Shown piece by piece: positions 1 to 12,496 of a stretch of 63,807 nucleotides of DNA. Where the stretch lies: the NCBI RefSeq assembly GCF_035594765.1, contig NW_026943822.1, forward strand, positions 25,178,968-25,242,774, read 5' to 3'. Positions within the stretch are counted from its first letter, which is position 1, and every line of letters begins with the position of its first letter. The notes under the pieces were generated by a model that saw only the letters and a list, made by a program, of their open reading frames with translations, was not told the DNA's origin and did no database searches. This DNA comes from Anolis carolinensis. Taxonomy: Eukaryota. Both the position numbers and the translations under genes were made by a program.

Positions 1-314
1 GGGGCTTTGAAGCAGAGGCTGGGTGGCTGTCTATGGGGGTGGGCTTTGATGCTGCGTTTCCTGCAGGTGTTGCACTCTAGCCCTGAAACCCTGATCTCAC
101 GTGGTCTGGCCAATGCAATTTTCCAAATCGGCACCCCAAATAACCAAACCGAATCTAAATTTGACCAAAAACTGATTCGTAACCCTTTTGGTACTAATGT
201 TGGAGAGAAGTCCCTGGTCAAAAAAAAAAGGTTGGGAACCACTGCTTTATTAATTGTTTGAAATTACACAGATGTCTATAATCCACAGTGAAACGGACAA
301 AGAAAAGTATGGTA

Positions 315-638
315 CAGTAGAGTCTCACTTATCCAAGCTAAACGGGCCGGCAGAAGCTTGGATAAGCGAATATCTTGGATAATAAGGAGGGATTAAGGAA
401 AAGCCTTTTCCTTAATCAAATTAGGTTATGATTTTACAAATTAAGCACCAAAACATCATGTTATACAACAAATTTGACAGAAAAAGTAGTTCAATACGCA
501 GTAATGTTATGTTGTAATTACTGTATTTACGAATTTAGCACCGAAATATCATGATATATTGAAAACATTGACTACAAAAATGGCTTGGATAATCCAGAAG
601 CTTGGATAAGCGAGGCTTGGATAAGTGAGACTCTACTG
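315..638. mobile_element. Tc1/mariner (pogo/Tigger-like) MITE, copy 1 of 8
   Basis: TIR CAGTAGAGTCTCACTTATCCAA with TA flanks. Other copies at 14684-~14990, 31150-31472, 31874-32196, 34552-34874, 43791-44099, 49969-~50290 and 61729-62135. Confidence 0.9.
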
Positions 639-1357
639 TATATAATATAGTTTAAAGTAACTAATTTATGAGTCCTATATTTCTATAGTGATATAATCTT
701 TTATATATCCAATCTGTAACACCAACTTGTATCCAACTTGTATAAGAAAGGGATTGTGGTGACGTACCTACTTAAGTCTGAACTGGATTTAAATGAAGTC
801 AGTCATAAACCATAACCCTGTCCCTGTTGTATATGCACCAACTAATGTTAATCTATTTGCAAAATTTGTTCCAAACAAGCAATGTATATTCTAAATTAAG
901 TGTCCAAGAATTATATTATTATGCAACTGGAATTGTATCACTCATAACATAAATGTATAATATGGCAACTCTTCACATAAGTATACCTATAAACCTGTTG
1001 CAGTTTCAGGTTTTACTCTCAGTCTTGACACATAAGGTAAATGAAATCAAACAAAAAAATTTTTTTACTAACGTCTTGATAATGTTCTCAAATGCTGCTG
1101 GAGTTGTTATCCAACTGAGTTTGTACAGTTCTTTGTACATACTTTAGTAACACTTTACATAAGTATTCCTTTAAAACTATTGCAGTCTCAAATTTTAACT
1201 CCAGTCTTGCTTTATGTGAAGTCTTGCTTTATTGTATTGTTTAATTGTATTATGATATGTTGTTTTATATTTTGCTATATTGTATTGTTTTGGGCATGGC
1301 CCCATGTAAGCCGCCCCGAGTCCCCGTTGGGGAAATGGTGGCGGGGTATAAATAAAG

Positions 1358-1410
<53 letters not shown>

Positions 1411-1701
1411 GGCAATGTTGTCTCCTTTGAGGAGCTTGAAGCCCCAACCATCTCATGAAAGCCCGTCCAGGTGCCCATGAGATTGTGCCTAACACCCTTG
1501 GACTTCAATCTTATCTCGGATTCCCTGAAAATATCTCGTTGGTCTGTTTTGCACTCAAAGCCCTTCTGATGGCCAGGCTTGCTTTTGGCAGCATTCAGGG
1601 GTTTGTTTTTCAGTACCCAGGATCCTGCATGAAGGCAGACAGGGGCTGGACTAGGTGGCCCCTGGGGGTCTCTCCCGACTCTTGTTCTGTGATTCCCTCA
1701 G

Positions 1702-4700
1702 TTTCCAGCCGGTGGTCGGGGAGTGCGTGAGGCAGATGGCGGCCGAGCTGAACCAGCTGAAGGCGGAGAACAACAAGGGCAACTGCGTGGTGGAAGCCGA
1801 GATCGTCCTGCGACCGCTGATGGACTTCCTTGACAAAACGTACAAGGGGGGGGAAGGGGGCGTTGTGGGTTGGCGATGCCGGAAAGTGGGGTGCAGCCCC
1901 CTCCTTGGCTCCCTCTTCATCCCTGCGTGGCCTCCCTTACCCACAGGTTAAGCGCCTCGGCCAAAATCTGCGAGAAGACGGTGCTCAAGCGGGTCTTGAA
2001 GGAGCTCTGGAAGCTGGTGCTGAACACCATCGAGAAGCAGATCGTCCTCCCGCCCTTGACCGACCAAACCGTAAGCAGGGACCCAGGGAGGGGCTCCTAA
2101 AGAGGGGAAACTCTCAGCCAGGAGACTCCCTGGGAAGGGGTCCCAGGGTGGAGTGACCCTTGACCCACTGGGAGCCCATTGGGACCCCCTTTGCACCTCT
2201 CTCTCTCTCTTCTCAGGGGCCTCCCATGCTTCTCAGCGCAGCCAAAGACTTCGGCCAGCTCTCCAAGCTGAAGGTAAGGAGGAAGGGTCCTCCCTGGCTG
2301 GAGAGGGTCCTTGAGACCCCCCCCCCCCAACTCCTGGGTTGCTGTGAGTTTCCCGGGCTGTCTGGCCATGTTCCAGAAAAATTCCCTCCTGATGTTTATT
2401 ACGACTATTATTAATAATAATAATCCTGATTGTTGTTGTTGTTGTTGTTGTTATTATTATTATTATTATTATTATATTACTGTCCAGTCTTTGTGGCTCA
2501 ACAGCCAAAGAGACCTCTGGCTGGCAGAGGTAGGCTGCAGCTGCGTGTGGAGGCTTCACATCAGCATCCATCTCCCTCCCGTCCCATGGACATGTCCCAG
2601 TCCTTTCATCCGTGCCCCCAGGACACACACTCACATGACTTTAAGCAGTCACCCCATTGTGTTAATGGTGGGTGAAATAGGATTGTTGTGGGGTGCAGAC
2701 TTCCCAGTGGGCAGAGATGGCCAAGTTGCAGGCAGCAGGCGAAGGAGGGCTTTGGCCCCACCTTTGGTACGGACTGCTGAGCTGACCGCATTCCACCCCT
2801 TCTCCCCCTCCCCTTGCAGGACCACGTCATCCGGGAAGACACCAAGAGCCTGTCGCTGAGGCAGTGTGCCGTCATGGACGTGGTCCTGGCCACCATTAAG
2901 GTATGCGCTGGCTGGCCCTTTCACCTGGCGCCGAGGCAGGGTCGGCGGGTGGTGCGCCACCAAGAGAGCCCTCCTTATAGTGGGTCCATTCAATGTGCGG
3001 ATGAGGGCTTGAAGGGAGAAAGCCGCCCTCGTGTTGATGGTGCATCCGGATGTCCTCCCATTTCCTCAAAAGCATCCGCAGCAGTAAATTTCACGGTTGC
3101 ATTTCCATTGCTGAGCTGTTCTCCTATCTGGGAGAGATGTGTCTAATTACCCCTTTTGATTGAATAATTGTCAGCTAATTAAACCGTCCTCCCAGCCGGG
3201 AAGGAAGAACCAAGCGGGCGGCTGCATGGCCTGCGGCTTTGGGTGGCCCCGTGGGGGAAGTGGCCTCCTTGGCACAGAGGGATGGGAGAGACACCGTGAG
3301 GTGGAGTGGCCTCAGTTGGCATTACAACTCTATCCTGAATGTTATTAGGTCCCTTTTATTTGGGTATTTTAACTGATGATGTTATTTTTATATTGCTTCT
3401 GAAGTCCCCCCCACCAATGAAGTCGACTGAATTGTACTTGGTGGTTGATTGATTTACTGCTGTATTAACTCTTGTTTTATTGTCTTACTGTGTTTTATTT
3501 TTATTTTTTTGTATATTGTTTAATGTATTTATGCTGTTGTCTTTTTAAGTTGTGCTAGTTGCCCCATGTGAGCCGCCCCGAGTCCCCGTGGGGAGATGGT
3601 GGCGGGGTATAAATAAAGTTTTATTATTATTATTATTATTATAAATATAATTAATTATTATTATTTTCCCTGCTTCTCTCCCTCCCTCCCAGCAATACTT
3701 CCATGCCGGAGGGAGCGGCCTGAAGAAGACCTTCCTGGAGAAGAGCCCCGACATGCAGTCGCTCAAGTACGCCCTCAACCTCTACACGCAGACCACCGAC
3801 GTCCTGATCACCAAGTTCATCGACACCCAGGCGACGCAAAGTGAGTCCGCGTCAGCACAGGAGGCAGAGGGGCCTCCCATTGCATATATACAGATATCTG
3901 TCTTAGAGGGAGGCATGATTGCAAAGGAAAGCTCTCTGGAGCTTAAAGACGGATTAAGGCTCCCCGAAGACGCGCTTTCGGCAGTGCATTTAGAAAACAT
4001 GGCTCCTCCATAGACCGTGCATGGAACGAAGCCTGCGCAGAACATCCAATCCCATATACACGCATGGAAAGAGGGCAGAGAGGAAGCTGCTCTCATACAC
4101 ACACACACACACACAGTTCATTGTTGCATTGTGCTGGGGCCAGGAAATCACACGTGAATTGTGTTGACGCATACTTAGATGCAAACGGAGGCCAACGAAA
4201 GTCTCTCTGGCCACCCCTGGCCAGACCAAGGTTGGCTTTCCTGTTTCGGGGCCGTGCCCTCTCTCGGCTGGCATGCGCTTTGGATTTCACCCGTTGCGCC
4301 CGCTTCCACACAGGCTCTGTCCCTAATTGGCGTTCCCTTTCGTTGCAGATCAAGGGACAGAGAAGCCGGTGGGGGAGATCAACGTCCAGCTGGAGGTCGT
4401 TCCGCAGCCCGGGACCGGAGAGCACAAAGTGACCATCAAAGGTGTGTCTCTCGCAAAGCCAAGGCGGGAGAGCGGAGCCCTGGGTCTGTGTGGCTGTGGG
4501 GCCGGGGTGCTCACTCTCCCTGTCGCCGTTGTGCCCAGTGATCGCCATCAACAAGCTGCAGTGGCAGACGAGCAACATGTTCCGCCCCTTCGTGGAGGTC
4601 TTCCTCCTGGGCCCCAGCCTGAGCGACAAGCGCCGGAGGCACGGCACCAAGACCAAGAGCAACACCTGGTCGCCCAAGTACAACGAGACCTTCCAGTTGT

Positions 4701-5171
4701 GAGTAGGAGTGTACAATCCTATATTAATTACCCATGGACCCCAGTATCCATATGGTGATTTTATCCTTGTTCATACGCGTCTAGCATTGCACTTATCCTG
4801 CTTTTAAGTCTTGTCGGAGTCCCAGAATAGGTCAAGGAGTGGTCCTCTGAAGGGCTTCCTTCTCCTTTCTCACTCCCTCCAGCGTGGTGGGCAAGGAGGA
4901 GCGCCCGGGGGCCTACGAGGTGCACCTGGTGGTGAAGGACTACTGCTTCGCCCGCGAGGACCGCGTCATCGGCATGGCCGTCTTCCAGCTGCGCAGCCTG
5001 GCGGCCGAGAGGGGCCCCAGCGCGGCCTGGCACCCCTTGCGCCGGAGCCTCCGCACGGACGAGACCGGCCTGACCATCCTGCGCATCCTCTCCCAGAGGA
5101 CCCACGACGACGTGGCCAAGGAGTTCGTCCGGCTCAAGACGGAGACGCGGTCCCCGGAAGAAACCGCCTGA
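1702..5171 (+). CDS. UNC13C: Protein unc-13 homolog C (Munc13-3), last 8 coding exons (MHD2 and C2C domains); 5' part lies outside the window
   Basis: Exons 1702-1839, 1947-2070, 2217-2273, 2820-2900, 3693-3840, 4349-4441, 4539-4698 and 4883-5171 have AG/GT boundaries and join in frame. Peptides [73 protein letters not shown] and [10 protein letters not shown]...[30 protein letters not shown] match Munc13-3. Adjacency to RSL24D1 supports paralog C. Candidate AATAAA at 6484 and 6546. Confidence 0.93.
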
Positions 5172-6867
5172 GACGAGAGGAGAGGAGAGGGAGGGGCCTC
5201 CGTCGGCCCGCCTGACCGTATGTCCGTCCGTCCGTCTGCCCGTCCGACCCATGCATGCGTGTGCCAGTCCGCTGTGGGAATGTTTACCTCGCTCTGTCTC
5301 TTGTGTTTATGCCGGAAACGTAAAAAAAAAAAGCGCTCTTTTCTCGCGGCCTTTTTTCGGGAGGGCCCTTGAAAAAAATAACGAGTCTTGTTGTCTCAAA
5401 CAAAGTGCCAAAACTGCCGCCGGCGGCGGAAGCAGCGGGCAAGCGAGCGAATGAGCGAGCGGGCCTCTTGGCGCCGTCCGGAAGTGTTGCTTTTGTGTCG
5501 CGTCGTCCTCCCTCCGTCCCGTCCCGTCCCGTCCACTTGCCCGCCTTTGTCGTGGGGTCGCGTCGTCCCGCTCCGGACGGCGCTCCATTTTATGCAAGCT
5601 CCATTCGAACCTTCGCTCCCCAGGTGAAGAAGAAGAAGAAGAAAAAAAGGTCTTTTTCTACCATATCTTAACAGGTGCAGTTCCTTCCGGAAGGGGAAAA
5701 AAAGGGTTTGTAATTTTATAAATTGCCAAAACAGTTTTTTGCATACAAACTTTAACAGAAAAATAAGAGAGAGGAGGCGGAAGTGTTTTGTGCAGACCTT
5801 AGTTTTGCCCCCAAAACCTCTCATCTCTTTATCACTGTGAAGTAGAATCCCCCCACTGTCAGCCCCATTGGAGGGTCACGTCGCGCCCCCAAACTGCCAA
5901 GCGGACCCCCATTACGGAGGCAATAGGAAGCCCCGGTCCCCCATTGAGGGCCAGCAGAAGCAAGGGGGTCGGTGGCCTCTTCCAGTGAAGTCAATGGGGG
6001 CCAAAGGGGTCCCCAAGCAACGGAGGAGGAGGAGGAGGCAAATAATGGGGTCGGGGTCTCCAGAGGAAGGGCAAAGGGGTCACTGGCTCAGGGTTTCCTC
6101 CAGGAGGGGGTCTCTCTCTTTCTCTCTCCTTTGGGCAGGAAAATGGGGTCCCGCCCCGTCCCCCCAATAGGCCTCTATGGGTCACAAGGGGCCCTTGGTG
6201 GTGCCAATGCTGCGTCTGGACAATACAGGGTTAATGGAAAGCATGGAGTAGGTCAATGGGGAGGGGGCTCCCGTCCGGAGACCCCTCCTCCCCAAGGAAT
6301 GATATTTTCTCTTTTCTTTTTCGTTTTGGTGCGGTTTGACATTTGCCATCCTTCGCTGGGAAACGGGGCCTCGGTTCAGTGCTTTATTTCTTACTTTTCG
6401 TTTTTCATACAAACGTTCGGAAGGTTTCTACTTATGCAACATGCCTGTGTCCTGCACTGAGGCAACAAAAAACAAAACAAAACAATAAAACAAATTGAAA
6501 ATATAACCTCCATGTGCTGTAAATACCTTTCATGAGAAATTGTACAATAAAGCAAGAGGAAACTGCCCCGGTCTCCTCCCGTTGTCTTTATTTACTCTTT
6601 CCCTTTTTTCGAGGAGGGGGCTTGAAGGAGAGAAGGACCGCGGGTATAGCACAGCGGATTAAACCGCCGGCTACAAAAGATCTTCCCAACTGGAAGGGGG
6701 ACAATTCAAAACTCCCTTCCTTCCCAGGACATCCTCAGAGCTTGAGATGCTTGTCTGTTCTGAAGATGGAAAGCAACGTCTGCGTTTTAGATGGATTAGG
6801 AACCAGCTGGTTTTCTCTGTAATAGGCAGTAAGAACACCTCAAGCTTCAGAGAGCTTCTGTTCAACT

Positions 6868-7390
6868 ATTTCAAAACTCTCTGCTTGGTCGGTGATGGCA
6901 CAATCATCAGCATAGATGAAACTCTGTCTTTTCCAGCAGTGACTGGACATTTGTGGAAATGCTGAACATTGATGGAGCAAACACGTTGATTATAAAGCAT
7001 GGATTTCAAAGCTCCCTGCTTGGGTGGTGATGGCATGATCGTCAGCATAGATGAAACTCTGTCTTTTCCAGCAGTGGCTGATCATTTGTGTCAATGTTGA
7101 ACATTGATGGAGCAAACACGCTGATTATAAAGCATGGATTTCAAAGCTCCCTGCTTGGGCGGTGATGGCATGATCGTCAGCATAGATGAAACTCTCTGTT
7201 CCTTTGGCAGTCAACATTTGTGGAAATGTTGAACATTGATGGAGCAAACATTGATTATAATGCGTGGATTTCAAAGCTCCCTGCTTGGGCAGTGATGGCA
7301 TGATCGTCAGCATAGATGAAACTCTCTATTCCTTCCGGCAGTGTCTGGTCATTTCTGTCAATGTCAAACTTTGATGGAGCAAGAAGACTC
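6868..7390 (-). repeat. ~135-bp tandem repeat (4 copies) derived from a LINE reverse-transcriptase segment
   Basis: Units start at about 6868, 7003, 7138 and 7268. The minus strand encodes ESFIYADDHAITAQAGSFEI (RT YADD motif, Vingi/RTE-like). Confidence 0.8.
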
Positions 7391-8069
7391 CCCTGAGACA
7401 GGTGTGCTGCAAACTCCCAGGTGTGTTGATGCGCTGCAGTGCTCCGGCGGGATTCCTCCCCAGGCCTTCCTGCGGAAACACTTTTGGAGGCAGCGGAGGA
7501 TCTGCTCTGGGTTTCGGCCGAGCAAAACAACTGATTAATGTCCCTTCTTGGCCAGGAATGGATTTGTCTTGTGCTGCATAAAAGAGAAGACAAGTATTGA
7601 TTTCCCGGGAAGGGAGAAAGAAAGCAGCGCCGCCTGGTTCTCGATGCATAATGAGCGCCGCCAGATTCGGATTCGACCGCCTGGCCTGCCTTCCACTCTC
7701 AAGGAACAAAGCGGGTGGATGGGAGGGAGCCCAGGGCCAGCGGCCAGCCTCCCTTGGCTCTCCTCGCGGCATGGCAACCCTGCCCGCATTCATCATCTCG
7801 CCCGCTTCCTTCCAGGGATTTGGAGAATGTTTCCAGCGTTGCTCTGTGCATAAAACGCACTGGCAGTTGGGATCTGCGGCCCCAAAAGCATCTTCCAGCA
7901 GCGTGAATTATAGCAGGGCTTTGCAGCTGAAGTTGGCCCGTGCCTGCTCCGAAGCAAGCCCAAAATGGGACAAGTAGGGCGGCTAATTTTGGAAAACTGT
8001 TCACAGCCCAGCTATTTTGCTCCCTTCGCTTCCGTTCTCGAGGGAGCCGACAGTTTGCAAATCCCAACG

Positions 8070-8770
8070 GGTGCTCAGCCAAGAAGCTCCTCAGAGGGAT
8101 CCACGGTCTCCAGATCTTTGGTCCTTTCAGTCTCCCTCTTCTTCTGGACACCTTCCAGCTCGGAGACAACGTCTCTTTTGAATTATGGGGCTCAGAAGTG
8201 GACACAGGGTTATTATTCCAGGTAGAGAGAATTGAGACTTCTTCCTTCGATCTGGACATCAGACTCCTTTGGATGCAGCCCAAAATCACATTGGCTTTTT
8301 GAGCTGCTGCATCACATTCTTGGCTCACGTTCAGCTGGTTCTCCATGAAAGCTCCCATATCTTTCTCACATGGACTGTTGTCGAGCCAAGAGTCACCCAT
8401 CCTGTGTCTTTGCGTTTTGTTTGTTCCTGCCTAAGTGTCGTATCTTACATTTCACGTTGTTGAAATCCATCGTGTTTGTTTTGGCCAATCTTCCAAGGTC
8501 CTGTTGCATCTTCTGGAGCATTAGCTCTCCTCAGTTTGGTCCCACCTGCAAACCCTCCAAACCTTCATCCAAGTCATGAATAAAGACGTTGAAGAGTACT
8601 GGGCCCAGGACCGAACCTTCTTCGTGGCACCAAATGGTCACTTCTTTCCAGGACGAAGAAGAGGAACCATTGGGGAGAAGAAGCACCCTCTGGGTTTGGA
8701 CACATAACCAATTCCAGAGCCACCTCATCGTAGCCTTGAGAAGGCAACATGCCAGTCGGGCAAACACTCC
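8070..8770 (-). mobile_element. Degenerate CR1 LINE ORF2 fragment
   Basis: GSVLGPVLFNVFIHDLDEGLEG and EKDMGAFMENQLNVSQECDAAAQKANVILGCI are typical CR1 RT and C-terminal motifs; frameshifted. Confidence 0.88.
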
Positions 8771-9540
8771 TGGCAATTCCTCTGGTTCTTTGGACCCCAA
8801 AGGGCCATCTGAGAAGCCGAGAAGTTCCTTGCTCCCGCTCCGTGATGCAGCCGTGCATCAGGAGGGCAGCACATGATGTGCCCAGAGATGTGGCAAAGTC
8901 CTCTGTCTCTCCGTATTATTCCGTCCTGTCTTTTCCTTTTGCGCTGTTCCGGACGCTAATCGGGAACGAGGGTTGTGTGGCAGAAGCACACACACACATA
9001 AATACACACACACACATACTTATATATATATATCTCTCCCTCCCTGGGGCCTTGCTTGGCTCGTTCCTTCCGTCTCAGGGCCCTCCGGCGGCCACTTGCC
9101 TGTCACTCAGCTGTCACTTCCCTTGATTTTCAAACCCGACACAGACTGACTGACGGTCCCTTTTGCAGCGGAAGATGCAGACTAAGCACCTGGGAAGTTT
9201 GCCGGCCCAGATTGTGGCCTTAGATTTATTATTTCACCGAGGAGTGAGTCACTTGTTAACTGCTGACTCTCTCAAAGCCGCAACTCCTGCCTGGGTCCCA
9301 GAGGAAGCTGCGCAAGCGGCGAAGGCACACGGAGCAAACGCTGCCTCTGCTCCCGGCGGCAGGAGCCTCCTCCGAGGGGGATCATGGGCATCGTATTCCT
9401 CTCTCTGGGCCCAGAAACAAGGCTGCGCATCGGTCTCAGATTCAGAGGAGCCTGAAGAATCGTCTTGGTCAGAGATGATGTTGGGACTATTTACAAGAAT
9501 AAGGTTTCCATAGCACAAAGTTCTTTATACTTCCTTCTTT

Positions 9541-10075
9541 GCTTCCACGCTGGGCTTCTTTCTCATGCAGATGAACAGCTTCGCTCTAACAGAGCCTCCT
9601 CTTGCACCGAAATTACCCAGGAGCTTCACACAATAGCTTTGCTTCCACGCTGGGCTTCTTTCTCATGCAGATGAACAGCTTCGCTCTAACAGAGCCTCCT
9701 CTTGCACCGAAATTACCCAGGAGCTTCACACAATAGCTTTGCTTCCACGCTGGGCTTCTTTCTCATGCAGATGAACAGCTTCGCTCTCACAGAGCCTCCT
9801 CTCACACCAAAATTACCCAGGAGCTTCACACAATAGCTTTGCTTCCACTGGGCTTCTTTCTCATGCAGGTACAGCTTCCAGCTATCACTCTCACAGAGCC
9901 TCCTCTCACACCGAACTTACACAATAGCTTTTACACACATTAGTCTTCACACTGGGGCTTCTCTCACAGAAGCTTCTCAAGCCAAGGCCTCCCTCACGCC
10001 GAGGCTTTCCTCATATTGAGGCCTCCCTCACGCCGAGGCCTCCCTCACACTGAGGCTGACCTCACTGAGGCTAAC
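9541..10075. repeat. 100-bp tandem repeat (about 4 copies) followed by ~17-bp GAGGCCTCCCTCACGCC repeats
   Basis: GCTTCCAC starts at 9541, 9641, 9741 and 9841. Confidence 0.9.
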
Positions 10076-12496
10076 ACTGAAGTCTACTAAGCTACAGGCA
10101 CACCAGCTTATATTGAACTGCAGCTTTTGCTTAGTTATTGTATCCATTTAACACTTTCAGTGCTTGACTCACATTTTTGTAATTAAAAATACCTAATTAA
10201 TTTTTAATATTTCTGACATCAGCAAAAATAATAGTAATAATAATGTCTAGGGCCAGACAACAACAACATCAATAGTAATAATAATGTCTAGGGCCAGACA
10301 ACAGCAAAAGCAACAGCAACAACAACGTCTAGGGCCAGAGGGAGATTGGGTTCAGATCTCTGTGATGTTTCTCAACCCTTGATGGCCCGCCGGTCCCTCC
10401 TCGCAGGGCTGTTGTGAGGTTACAAGGCAAGGCAATGTGTGTCATGGAGAACAATGGAATGTAAAGACGCGCAACCCAACAGCCGTCAAGCAGGAGGCAG
10501 AGCCCAGCGGGGCCTGGCGCATCCTTGTGCGACCTCTCACTCAGTTTGTGCCGGATGCCTGCAATTTGTTTTCCGAGCCAGAGCTCGTTTCCTTGGCATC
10601 GGCTTCCCTGGCTCCTGCGTTTTCCGAGGGAGACGTGAATTTTTCATGGCTCTGGAGGAAAGCCTCGCACGGATTGGCTCTTTAATATTTAAAGGGATGA
10701 CGGGCCTGGCGATGAATCATCGTCGCTCAAGGAGCGGGAGGCCGAGGAACGAGGAGGGGTGGGTGTGCGGGCGGGCGGGGGGCTCTTTCCTCGCCCTTCG
10801 GGCCGGGCTGTCATCCCAATCCAAGCGGAAGCGGCGGGCGGAGAGAGTCGGTCTGACAGGAGAGAGCGGCGAGTCTGCGAGGGAGGCTTCCTCCACAGGA
10901 AAGGGGGCAGGGAGACCCCCGGAGGGACCCCCGAAGCAGCCTCCTCCGGAGAGAGATGGTGGCAGGAGCCGGGCCCGGAGGAGCGGAGCAACCGGGGCCT
11001 CTTCCCGAGTCAGAAGGCATTCAAGCGGAGCCTTGGAGATGCAGGAAGATCGGGAGGGAGAGTACGTGTGACACTCGGGTCCGTGAATCACCTTGATTAG
11101 CATTCAGTGGCCTTGCAGCTTCAAGGCCTAGCTGATTCCTGCTTGAGGAAATCCTTTGTTGGGAGGTGTTAGCTGGCCCTGGTTGTTTCCTGTCTGGAAC
11201 TCACCCGTTTTCAGAGTGTTGTGCTTTATTTAGAGAGGTTTTTTTTTCTCCCACCCAAGACATTATTCCACAAGGATATTGATCTTGGTTGGATCAGGCT
11301 CGTCCCCACGTAAGCCGCCTCGAGTCCCTTCAGGGAGATGGAGGCGGGATATAAAAATAAAGGTATTATTATTATTATTATTATTGACATAAAGACACAG
11401 TATGACACAGCAAACGAGATTTCATCTCACAAAATCACAAGTCGAACACTTCCTTTATTATTATTGTTATTATTATATAAACTCCACTTGCCTAGTTTCC
11501 AACAGACCTCACAAACTCTGAGGATGCCTGCCATAGATGTGGGTGAAACATCAGGAGAGAATGCTTCTGGAACATGGCCAGGCAGACCAGAAAACTCACA
11601 GCAAGTGAAAGATTTTGACAATACATTCAACATCTCTATGGGAAGAAATAGTTCCAAGACACACAGAGATTGGGAAAACGACAACTCAGGAAAACACACC
11701 AATTGTGTCCTCTAACCTTTTTTCTACGCTTCTGCCCCTCATTTCTCACAGCCAAGGGAACTTTCACAACACCACAGGCTCACCGTATCTATGACTGCAT
11801 TGAACTTAACACTCTTACAAGTGCGAATCCACACTACACGCCTATAACACAACACCCCTACATGAGAGAAACCACATTACATACAAAGAAACAAGGAGTT
11901 GCTGTTCCTTCATCTCAATACCAGCCACTAATAGCATCCTTCACACTTGGTTAATAGACATTCCACAGGTAATAATAATAATATTATAATAATTTTATTT
12001 TTGTTCCCCGCCACCCTCTCCCCAGAGGGACTCGGGGCGGCTCACAGACATAAAACAAGCATACAGTGATATCAAATACAAAAACACACAAATGAATTTA
12101 AAAGGCATAACATAAAATCAATTTGCCCTGCTAGCATCAGATCCTCTCAAGATGCCACTAGCCACAAATGCAGGTGAAACATCAGGAGAAAATGCTGCTA
12201 GAACACACAGGCCACACAGCACGGAAACGACACAACACCCCATAGAACATATTGCTCAGTGCTTTTCCAATCAGACCAAGCAGGCACCAGGCTGGTATTT
12301 TTTCACACCCATGTTTTTATTTGATGCGCCATATGGTTCACTAGATGTAGGATATCAACAGGCCTCTTTCTCTGTCCCTGCAACATTTGTATTGTCCTCT
12401 TATCCAACAGTCGACATACAGAATAGATTGAAGAGCACCCAGTCGGAAGCAAAAAGAGGGCTTTGCACACAAACAACCAAGAGGGATCGAGGTTTC

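Noticed and set aside
1840-1946. Weak donor GTACAA in UNC13C as a possible U12 intron
   Set aside because: Does not match GTATCCTT; treated as a weak U2 donor because the frame is preserved.
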